In this document: positions 24,501 to 36,500 of the stretch, piece by piece | Layout of the letters: each line of letters starts with the position of its first letter | Numbering within the stretch: position 1 is the stretch's first letter | NCBI GenBank assembly: GCA_965637545.1 | Contig: OZ281495.1 | Location: forward strand, 24,738,001-24,802,000 | Reading direction: 5' to 3' | DNA length: 64,000 nucleotides | Source: Phallusia mammillata | Lineage: Eukaryota | Position numbers and translations under genes: made by a program | Notes under the pieces: generated by a model | What the model saw: only the letters and a program-made list of their open reading frames with translations | Told to the model about the DNA's origin: nothing | Database searches by the model: none

Positions 24501-27500
24501 TTACTGATGATGACATGACTATTTGCCGAAACGTTTGAATAATAAAGCATGTCGCTTTTTAAGTCTATTTGGTCCGTTATTTTCCTCATTAAATATTGAC
24601 AAAAACTTTAAGTTGATGCTTTTTACCAATTTGTCCTTTAGAATCAAAAACTATTCACACCTATTACAGTATCTTTGCATAAACACGTGTGTGGAGACCC
24701 AATCGTAAATAAGACGTATAATATATAAATTGCCAATGTATAGGAAATCCACGGCTCTAGTTTAAAGCAATAGTCGCAAAGTCATGTGCAAAATAACAAT
24801 CCAAGGCGAAATCAATAAAAAAATAAATTGTGGTGATTTGGGAACGGCGGTTAAAGCTGTATACTACCTTAATATTCATTTCTATGTGTTTTACGACAGT
24901 AACAGCAAATTTTTTTTAAGGTGTTCTTCACATCATGAAGAACCGCACCATTATCATCCGACCTGACTCGAAACAAAACGAGACAAGCATTAAACCACCA
25001 GTGAACTTTGAAGTCGATTACCGCGGAATTCTTAAGCTCGCAACACACGCTCATATCTTGGGTCTGGGCGATCCGGCTCTGAGACTCGACGGTGAGGTTC
25101 ACGAAGTACAACATCTCGTGCTGGGACAGAACGTGGTCGCTGTATTCGGAGAGACTGGTCGTATTTTCGCAAATGCCGAGGCATCAGGCACCGATTCCCC
25201 GCAAAATGGCTTAAAGACTGCCGAGGTCCAGCTCGCTTCGTTAACTCTCGAAGCTGGAAGCAAGATGGATTTCCCCAAGGACACTGGAGCGAGCTTGGTC
25301 ACAGGATCAATGCGTGTCAAGACTGGAGCAAAGATTGTTGCTGACTTTATGTTGCTGGAAGCCGGAGATGTTCACACCGAGCCAGGCAGCATGATCACGT
25401 GTTCAGGAACTGAGCGATCGTCATCGAATTCACGTGACGTGACTGGACAAACGCTAGAAGTGCAAGATGGCGGCGGTCATGCCAGTGTTGGAGGTTCTGG
25501 AAAGGTAACAGCTTGTTGGTCGTTAATGTTGTGTGGAGGCTATGCGATGGGTCCTATCTCTATCTGGTACCTTGCACGAGGCTGTTGTACAATGCCGGCA
25601 GTTCTACCGACTTTTTGCTCTAAAAATAAATAAATAGAGCATTATTAATAGCGATCTTTGTTCCAAATCAATGTTTTCAATTGACATAAACGAATTTACA
25701 CATACAATTTTCAAATTTGTCTCCAAAACTGTTTTACTTCGCCAATGCCAATGCAATCTCATGGCATTAACTATGATAATAGACTATAGACTGCTTCTAT
25801 AGTCTATTATCATAGACTGAGTATTTGTTCAAATGTGTACACGCGTTGTTATGAAACCAATTTCCTTTTAGAACGGCCATGGAGGAAAAACTCACGGTTC
25901 AGTGACGGCTCCAACAGATTTCGGTACAGCAGGTGGAAATTACGAACCTCAACCGTACACAGGAACCGCATCCACAGGAGGCGCTGGTGGTGGCTTTATC
26001 TCAATTAAGGTCGGTACAACATTAACCATCGACGGTGTTATCGACACTAACGGCGCCCCTGGAAGAACATCATACGGCGGAAGCGGTGGTAGTGGAGGTT
26101 CTATCACTCTTTATTCAAGGTTTGTTTTTGCTCCAGTTTGCAAGTTTATATTTGTTGTAAGTTAACTTTGTATTTTCGGAACACTATACACGGACTTGAA
26201 GAGTAATTTAATCATAAATGTAACTGTCAAAGAACTTCTTTGTTATCGTATGTGACGTCACTTCACACACCAGGCATTCACCTTTTTTCTAAGTGCTTTA
26301 TATACCGTGTTCTACAGCTCGATTGACAATCTGCACTGATGATGACAACAGTGATTGTTGAAACGTCTGCATAATGTATTCTATATATACATTTTTTTGA
26401 CAGTTATGTTTATGATTAACTTTGTATTTTCGCCTTTAGAAACTTGTACGGATTTGGTTCGCTAACCGCTAGCGGTGGATCTGGGACATCACAGGGCAAC
26501 ACTGCGTTTGGTGGAGGCTCCGGAGGAAGGATTGCAATTCATGTGTCGCAGATTTACGACTACAAGGTACATGCATGAAGCATGGTTTGTTTCTTCATTC
26601 TCTAGGTAAATCCAATTTCACGCACTGTTTTACTATGCCCGTTTGTTTTTCTACGAACTCTTTCTCACCCTATCTTTTTCTCTCTTTTCTGTCACACGAC
26701 TTTTTACACGTGACTTTATAACGGTTTTAAAAGTTGTAACGTTTTCAAGTAAAGGCTGATTGTCTTCGAATGAAACAAAATGTGGCTGTACTGCATCTTT
26801 CCAGCACTGTCTTTCCTCACATTTCCTCATTTTTGGTGCGTGTGTTGGACTCGCAGTATTTACAATTGAAAATCGAAACACCCCTTTAGAAACATCATTC
26901 GATGTGTGTATTTTATCTCTATTTTACCTGTTTATTTAGGGTTCAGCAACCGCCCTGGGGGCTTCTGGTTCATCATCAGGAAGCATTTCAAGATATGAGG
27001 ACAGACATGGTGGTCCAGGCTCTGTATATATCCAAGAAACTCGTAACCAACTACCTTACTACTCCCTGCTTATCGATGGCAACAGCCTTGACGTCTTTAA
27101 ATACGTCTCACTTACCGAGGCAGACCACAACGTCACTGCTGTATACGATCAGCTCACCATTGTACGAAACGGCGCATTCCGAATGGTACCAAGTGTCACA
27201 ACAGGCGGTGAACTTAGGTCTTTGTCGATTTTACGGTTTGCCGGCGACAAGACTGGTCTTATTCGGGTTTACGACAGCCAAAGGGTAAGCGTGGGAATTG
27301 ACAAGAACGGTTTAGCTGTGGGTGCAAGCACCGATGGTAACGCTACGAACAACGCCTTCGCACGGCCTTACGTGAACTTCATTATCCAATCTGGCGGTGA
27401 AATCATTCTTAACCGTCGCTTTTTGGTCTCTGGTATCGGAGTTTCCTTGCTCAACGATCCAGACTCTGACCAGTCCCAGTTCGGCTTCGCGCATTTCTCG

Positions 27501-30500
27501 AAGGTTTCGTTCTTGCTGGACGGCCGGATGACCAATGTTGACCACTTCCACGTCGGCCAAGACTCGGACGCCGTAGTTGACACCAACGCACATTCAGCTG
27601 TGATGGAGAAAGGTGATTATGTGATGATCGGAGAAGCTGGGCAGTTCCGTTTCGGTAGCGTGGACTTGTACACCGGGGCTACACTCAGGTAAGCAAATTA
27701 AGAGTGTATAGTCGAATAATAACCGGTGCAAATAATTTTTTGCAGACATAGTTTAACAATACTTGTATTTTTCTATTTTGACAATGTGGAAATGTAATTC
27801 TATTTGAATAAGAATTTGATGTTTTCCACTGAAATATTTATTTTGAATAACAAATAAAAATGTCTACATTTGTGATTATAAATGTCACTTTTTCACTTAA
27901 CATGCAAGGTTTACTCATTGTTATTGACTCAAACTGATTGTTCAGATTTATGCCTGACCTGGGTATGATCGGTGACGTGTGCTTCGTGCGCTTGGAATAC
28001 AATTCGGCTCTCATAGCGGAGAGTTTCTACCTGAAGATCGGCGAACTGGAAGTCGATGCTGGTGCACGAATGTCGGCGTCAGGTGGTGACAGAGAGCAGG
28101 ACACCATCCACAGCAGTCATGGAGATGGAAAGAACGGAGCGGCCGGTGTGTCTTGTGTTAATTTTTTTCCAACAAATTTGTCAAAAGATCGAACTAGCCT
28201 ACGAAGAGCTGTGCAGAGGAAACCGATTAATCGCAGAAACAATTTGTAAAGCTTGATATGCAATCAACCGGATTTGCGAATAACTGGATTTGCGATTTGC
28301 GAATACGATTTTCTTGACAGATGGTTACGGATTTGATTTACGACTGCTATGCCATTAACCGATATGCGATTAACCGTGTTTTTCTGTATTACAAACACAA
28401 ACATATAAAACTTTGTTTTAGTGGCACAGCTGTTGTAGTCTTATAGCGTGGGTTCAATTCCAATTACAAGTCGATCTTCTATTATACGTTTTTTTTCGAG
28501 TAGTAATCGCCCGAGCGACGGTTTGAATTGGTTTAAAGTACTGTGATTTAATTAATTTGTCTTTTTCGAAAGTTTTTCATGCAATTCAACAATTATTTGA
28601 CAAACTGTTTCTTTTAGCTCTTTTGGTAACCGTTTAAATACATGAAAATTGTCGCAGGTGGCTACGGTTCTTATGGAGGTCACGATGGGTCACTTGCTGA
28701 TCGCGGAGGTTACTTCGGTACACTTTACCGACCCCGTCTACGCGGAGGATCGGGATCGGATAGCTCAGGAACCAAAGCGAGAGGAGGAAGCACAATAGAG
28801 TTGCACGTTGCTGTTCAGCTCACTGTTGAAGGTAAGAAAATAATTGCTCATAATGGCAAAATGAGAAAACGTTGATGTGACCTACATAGATGGCTATATT
28901 AGTTCATAGAAATGGTTGATTTTCCCAAAACAGAAAGAGGGGGAACCAAGTCGTCTTATTAGGCAAAAATGTCTGGACATCGTAAAATAATCAGTTGGAC
29001 TTCACCAAACAAAAAGTGCGACGCAAAGATCATTGTATCTGACTTTTTTGATACATTTTGTTACCTTTTCCAAGTGTATCTTTTTTTGGTTATTTTAGCC
29101 TAAACGCATACAAAATACAACAACTTTTTTTACGTCGAACATGTGTGACATGGTAAATTACATGACTGGTACCGCTTTGCAAAGTAGATTTTGCATTTAA
29201 AGGGACAATCGAATCAAAGGGAGCATCTGCATCTTCTCATGGCGCCGGAAGTGGGGGTTCCGTCTTTGTGGTAGCTCATCACTTTGCCGGACATGGTACA
29301 GTGTCAGCAGATGGTGGAGCAGGTTTGACTGGTGGTTCTGGTGGAAGAATTGCCATCTACACGAACCAGACAACTGGTTTCCAGGTTGGTTGATTGCTTT
29401 TCTTCGTTGGTGATTTTCAATGATTTGACAATGAAGCTGAATTTGAAAAAACATTTTGACCAAATTATTGATTGTTGTGAAAAAGCAAAATGTCTCGCCA
29501 ATTATATTACATGTAATGCAGAGATAAACTATTCGTTATCTCTACAACATATAAAATTTGCGTGTTTCATGGAGTTTTTGTTTAATCCCGTTTCGAAATG
29601 TAACAAAAAAGGATTGTACTTGTATTGACAAGGTACAATTCCATCTAATTCTAAAAGATCCCCGACTATAGGACAAATATTTTGTGTTCGTCAAATTTGA
29701 CAAAACATTCGATCTTATCTAAAACTTTTTAGAGTGCTTTTTATTGCGTGCCTATTTGCTAGGCTGCTGTAAATACTGGTTAAGAAAAAAATGCCTAAAA
29801 CTGTAATGATTATTTACCAGGGCTTTTACAATGCACGCGGTGGTGAAGGAACCTGCGCGAGCAACTCGATCACGTGTCACGGTTCCCCCGGGTCCGTGTA
29901 CCTCAACGAGCTTGTGCCTGTTGATCCCAACAACGTCACAGCCGACGCGGCCCGAGAAGCGGTCGAAGTTTTGATGATTGACGGTGCCGGACGCCCCTGG
30001 GATTCCAACTACTACGTCCTGGACGAGGAGGACGAGAACGCCACTACAACTCATCACGTGACCACCCTCCAGGAGATTAACCTTCTTAACGGTGCCGCTT
30101 TGCAGCTGCCTGATGATGGACGAAATAGAAGTCTGGAAATTATCAAGTAAGTAAAAACTATGATACTTTTCTTTGCGACACTTGTTTTTTGGCTGTTTAT
30201 AAAGGTAATTATAAAGGTTTTATTAGACTGTTGCTTTACCGTTTGCTCTATCCCTAAAAAAATATTGCAATATTACAACTTTTTATGACACAGTTAACAT
30301 TGACAAACTTTAATGCTTGCAATATAGTATATATTTTCCTCTACATTGCTATAAAAGACCAAAATGAAACAATCTTTCGTTTTTCCTTTTTTTCTGCGTA
30401 AATCGTATCAAGGGCCTAATTTATTCTTCGGTTAATTTGCAACTGTGTTTTGTAGGTTTTCAGGCGATCTTACTGGTTTGGTTCACATGAAGGATAAACA

Positions 30501-33500
30501 TACTTACTACATGTCTGTAGCTGAAACAGAAGCCACCATTATTAAGCCCAGAGCCAGTTTGTGGATTGATGAAGGGGCGAGTGCTCATCTTGCTACAACC
30601 ACCGACATAATAGGTAAAACTACCTGGTTTTCATCCAAGCAACGCGGTTAAGCGTTTAAATATCTTTTGTAAATAAATTTCTGCGTTTACTGTAAAAAAT
30701 GCCCAACTGTTAAAAGTGTAATATATCCATTTCGTCTACCGTGAATCAGTGTTTTTTTAAGGTGTTTTGGGGGACCGAAACGTTTTTTTAAGATGTTTTT
30801 GGGGGACCGAAACGTTTTTTTAAGATGTTTTTGGGGGACCGAAACGTTTTTTTAAGGTGTTTTGGGGGACCGAAACGTTTTTTTAAGATGTTTTTGGGGG
30901 ACCGAAACGTTTTTTTAAGGTGTTTTGGGGGACCGAAACGTTTTTTTAAGATGTTTTTGGGGGACCGAAACGTTTTTTTAAGATGTTTTTGGGGGACCGA
31001 AACGTTTTTTTAAGGTGTTTTGGGGGACCGAAACGTTTTTTTAAGGTGTTTTGGGGGACCGAAACGTTTTTTTAAGATGTTTTTGGGGGACCGAAACGTT
31101 TTTTAAGGTGTTTTGGGGGACCGAAACGTTTTTTTAAGGTGTTTTGGGGGACCGAAACGTTTTTTTAAGATGTTTTTGGGGGACCGAAACGTTTTTTTAA
31201 GATGTTTTTGGGGGACCGAAACGTTTTTTTAAGGTGTTTTGGGGGACCGAAACGTTTTTTTAAGATGTTTTTGGGGGACCGAAACGTTTTTTTAAGATGT
31301 TTTTGGGGGACCGAAACGTTTTTTTAAGGTGTTTTGGGGGACCGAAACGTTTTTTTAAGATGTTTTTGGGGGACCGAAACGTTTTTTTAAGGTGTTTTGG
31401 GGGACCGAAACGTTTTTTTAAGATGTTTTTGGGGGACCGAAACGTTTTTTTAAGATGTTTTTGGGGGACCGAAACGTTTTTTTAAGGTGTTTTGGGGGAC
31501 CGAAACGTTTTTTTAAGGTGTTTTGGGGGACCGAAACGTTTTTTTAAGATGTTTTTGGGGGACCGAAACGTTTTTTAAGGTGTTTTGGGGGACCGAAACG
31601 TTTTTTTAAGGTGTTTTGGGGGACCGAAACGTTTTTTTAAGATGTTTTTGGGGGACCGAAACGTTTTTTTAAGATGTTTTTGGGGGACCGAAACGTTTTT
31701 TTAAGGTGTTTTGGGGGACCGAAACGTTTTTTTAAGGTGTTTTGGGGGACCGAAACGTTTTTTTAAGATGTTTTTGGGGGACCGAAACGTTTTTTTAAGG
31801 TGTTTTGGGGGACCGAAACGTTTTTTTAAGGTGTTTTGGGGGACCGAAACGTTTTTTTAAGATGTTTTTGGGGGACCGAAACGTTTTTTTAAGATGATTT
31901 TGGGGGACCGAAACGTTTTTTTAAGGTGTTTTGGGGGACCGAAACGTTTTTTTAAGGTGTTTTGGGGGACCGAAACGTTTTTTTAAGATGTTTTTGGGGG
32001 ACCGAAAATTTGCCAGTAGCCTAATAAATAATTCGTTTAAGCAAATATTTTTTGTATTTAAATGAAACACTTGCGGTCTCTTAAAACTACTTAGCGGTCA
32101 CCCAAACCAAACCTTAAAAAAAACCTGCCGTGAATATTACTTTACAACTGAAATTAGCCATCGCGTTTATGTAGACCAGCGATCAGCATGAATCATAGTA
32201 CGCCTTAGAGGTCGGTCCCGGAATAGCTCAGTCGTGGGTTCGAGTCCCACCGCAGGCTATATTTTTCTGGCCTATGCCTTGCCATATGTGTGAATTTTGG
32301 AAGACCGCCTTGATTCGGTATAACTCTTAACTGAGATGTCGGATTCTTGTTTTCATGAAAATATTTTTGAAACACGCAACCATAAGCTTAAAATAGCGTA
32401 ATACTAACATACGAATAATTTTTCTTTTGGCTGTTTTTAAATGCAATTTATTGGCAATTTGAAATATTGTAACCTTATACACAGGAATTGGATCAGTTGC
32501 ATTCAAATGGTATGGGGAGATAGTAGGAGTTCATTATTTGAGGATTGCACCAACACGTGCTGCTTTGATCGGACCAAACGCAAAAACATCACACGTCGTT
32601 GATAATGTTAAGGAAGTCGGAGTTCCTGGTCATTTCAGGTTTGACTTGAACTAAATGGGTATACGATATGATCTATTGTACGTTATACTGAAGTTTGATT
32701 CCTAAATTTATTAAAATTCACTTCAGGTAAAAAAATGTCGCTTTCGGACTTTTGAAAATTCGGGTTTTTGAAAGTCGGAGGAATAAAGTTAGTTGGAGGA
32801 AATGAGTAAACTTTCACCTCTTTGTTTTAAATGTGCTCAATTTAACGACGCTTGTGCACAACCAAAACATTTTCATTGCTTTAGTAATCATTGTGAATTA
32901 TCGCGTGTTTTGTTTTTAACAAAATTATTTGGCATAATTTTGTTTTTGGAGAGGCTGGTTGTTTAATATTCAGGTTGAAACCATTTAAATGGTAATAAAC
33001 CGTGTGTAAAAAATGTCTTTTAAAATCCGTGTATAATCCATTTATGTTCTCATGTTGTTTCGCCGCTTATTCATTTTTTATTTGTAAAACGCAGATTGAC
33101 AACTTGGGAATTGGGAGCTTTATCATCAGCCACTATACCTCCCCCACACGGCATGACCTTTACTACCGTCACTCTCGACATGAAATGGTCGTCACAGATG
33201 GCAGCAGAGAGCTACACCGTGATTGCAACCGACGTCCATCTTGAACCGAGCGCAACAATGTCGTGCAGAGGAAGAGGAAAGGAAAGCGATCTGCCTGGCA
33301 CTCCGACCACAGCCCGCGCCGGTGCATCTTACGCCACTTTAGGAGGAGACGGTTTGTGCAATTTATTTTCAGCAGCACTAATGATTTTATAGCGACCCGT
33401 TTATACGTTTTTTGTGAAGTGAAATCTTTATTGTACTAGAACTTTTAGTTTACAATTACGTATTCTGTAAAAAAAAATGTACATAAATTCTTGAAAAGAC

Positions 33501-36500
33501 GAAAAGGTTAAATACAGTGACACAGGATTAATAACAAACTGTTAGTTTTGTTAGTTAAATCATACTAATACATTGTCTAAGAACCTTGTGTCAGAGGCGC
33601 TTTTAAATGATGTTTGGAGTGAAAACTATAAAATATTAGAAAATAGATCGACGTTTCCAGCAATCTCCTGACCTAAAACATGCACATAAAACGCATATTG
33701 CTTTATTTCTGTCATTTTTTACCAACTTGAACCTCGATTTTTACGGTTTAACAACATTATCCTTTGAATTATAATATATAAGCCTGACACTTTTAACGTT
33801 TATTAAGCCTTTTCCGTTTTTATTGAACGTTAATCCCGCTGGACACTTTACGATAGGACGAACAAAAAAAGCTGTTTTGTGTCAAATAAGATTAAGATTA
33901 TCTTAGTATACGAATGTTAAAGTCGTATCCATACATTAACGATATAATTTGATATATGTACAGGAAATGGAAAAACCTACGATTCGATTTACGAACCAAC
34001 AATCGGCGGATCACGTGGTGCAGCAAACGGTGGAACACAAGGGTCACGTGGTGGAGGTGTTTTCCGCATTGAGGTCGGGAAGGAATTCTTCCTGGATGGA
34101 ATATTGGACGCAAGAGCCGATGACGCGACGTCAAGTTCTGGCGGTGGAAGTGGAGGAGCTGTCTGGATCACAGCAGGTTTGTCAACGGATGTTTTGATCT
34201 ACAATTTTTAGTGGAATAAATACATAATCAGACTTTGTTTTTCTGCTATAAACCGGCTTTGTTTTTTTCTGCTACAAAGCAACTAATTTATTTTTCGGCC
34301 TGATTTGCACTTGGAACCCAAAATAAAGTTTTGTCTTATGAGCAAGAAACAATGCGATTGGTAAAGCCAAAAACATAATGTCATTAGGTTCATATAAGGT
34401 TTGTCTGTTGAAAAAACTTATGATTTTTTAACTAGTAACATTATTCCTTGAAATCGGTTTTCCATACGTGCGTTTTTTTGTAAATAAAAACTGTCCTATA
34501 ATTCCAAAACATGTATCCGAAAAACTTAGTAATACCAGACTAAACATGTAATTTATTTATAAACGTACCTGTCAGTGAGCTTGTGTAGAGAGAATACAGA
34601 CGTTTTAGCAATCGCTGCACTGATGATGACAACAGCGATTGTTGAACCATCTGCACTAAGATATGTTTTACATACACATGCTCTGTGGCGGTTATGCTTA
34701 CAATTAAAACATGTATATTACTCTGTAGTATTGTGCAAAATGCAAAACTAACATCTCAAATTCCTAAATTTTGAGTGGGTTTATTCCTTATGCCCAGACG
34801 GCTCGTTTAAAGTAGTGATGTACCGAATCGGCGAAATTTCGATTCGGCCGAAACCGAATATTCGGCGGTTTTGCCGAATAAATTCGGCCGAATCAACCGA
34901 ATCATTTATGACGTCACGCGAAGTCGTAGTTTACGTGTTTGACATGAAAACATAAGTTTATCTACCAGGCAATTAGTGCAGAATGGTTGTGTTTCGTCCT
35001 TATTTTAGTTCTGTGGGGTTTAACATTGCCTCAAGCATGATTGCCAACCCGACAATGAATTACTGATTTTTTGTCTGCAGTGGGAAAAGCGTCAATGTGT
35101 TAAAAAATAAATGCGATTTTCGTTGGTAATAAGCAGAAAGACGCGATTTTCGTTGGTAATAAACAGAAAAGACATGTTTAACGCTTTAAATGTGTGTTCG
35201 TAAAAGATTCGGTTTCGGCCGAATCGCAACAAATTATTCGGCCGAAACCGAATCTTTGCAAAAATGACCGATTCGGCCGAATAAATTCGGCAAACCGAAT
35301 ATTCGGTACATCTCTAGTTTAAAGACGTTTAACTTTCTATTTCAGATTCTTCAAAGGGTCATGGTGAAATTGACGTCACTGGAGGTTACGGCTACGGAGG
35401 AGGAGCGGGAGGAAGGATTGCTCTTCACGTTAGAGAGAGCGTCTTCCGAGGTGCACTGACTGCCGTGGGATCCAGAGGTAGCCATGACAACGGAGGAACG
35501 GGAACAGTTTACATTGAGGATGTGAGATACGAAACTGGAGGCAATGTGACAGAATTCCACTACACTACTCTTATATTGAACAATCAGGTTGGTTAGAATA
35601 AAAATGCTACTGTGTTTATGTGATATGAAACTGTAAAACTTGTTGCCAATTGTCGCTTTATAATCTTATAATGTGCACTTCTGTGACAAATAACCTCGTG
35701 TCCTATTCAACGTTTGCCCAGAAGTTGCTAGAATGCTTTTATATGTAACTTAAAAATGCACAACACATGCGCACACCACCAGTTTTCACAATCGACTGTC
35801 TCAGTCAACAAAACAAGTCACTGATGAGCAAGAAGGTCATATATGTGTGCACTAATCGTTTGTACTCGCGGGCATTTTACCAATCAATCCCACGTGCCTA
35901 ACAAATGCACTCACATTCCGCACAAAGCACGAAGACTACACGCAAATTTTTTACAAGTATTTGTTTCAATTTTGTGTGTAAGTTGTACGACCTAGCTCCA
36001 AATATGAAGCAAATTTGGGAATATTTTAAACCTTAAAAAAGAGTATATTTAAAAATGTCATTTCTTAGTTAAATCAAGTTAGGAAACAATTTAGTTTAGA
36101 AAAACAAGTGGGATTTGGGGAAATACAACAATATAGTTTTTCCTTATCTCTTATCGACACAAAGTTAATCAAAAACCGTATTTTATTTGCAGAACTTCCT
36201 TCCGGTCAAACCTTTCGTTCTGAGCGAAGTAAACCCACGTAACGTAACCTCACGAGACCAAGCCTTAAACAACGGGGCAAACTTTACATTTGACGAGGTG
36301 TCAATGTGGGGAAGCGTGAGGTTTGAAATTGCTACACCCAAACCAGTCACTACTCTTAACTCAGCCGGCCTACACGCCAGTGTTACGATGGTCAACATAC
36401 GGGGAGATGGCTCCTCTCTGTTGTACATCCAGCAGAACCAAACTTACTACGTGGAGTATGTGCCTGCGGAGGAAAGGTAAGTTTCGACGTCGAAAACAGG

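Noticed and set aside
30759-30790. Minisatellite unit as a hammerhead (TAAGATG...GACCGAAACGTT resembles PLE HHR flanks)
   Set aside because: It lacks the CUGANGA core and a proper stem I. Origin from a decayed HHR is possible but cannot be supported.
30751-32007. CRISPR array, or coding ORFs (30825..31013, 31297..31485)
   Set aside because: The units are contiguous with no unique spacers, there are no cas genes and the context is a eukaryotic intron. The ORFs are translations of the minisatellite.
35821-35860. CTGATGA as another hammerhead
   Set aside because: No downstream GAAA or stem II.
36400-36408. RGD integrin-binding motif (VNIRGDGSS)
   Set aside because: It falls at the structurally conserved GD.TG position of the module, so it is most likely coincidental.
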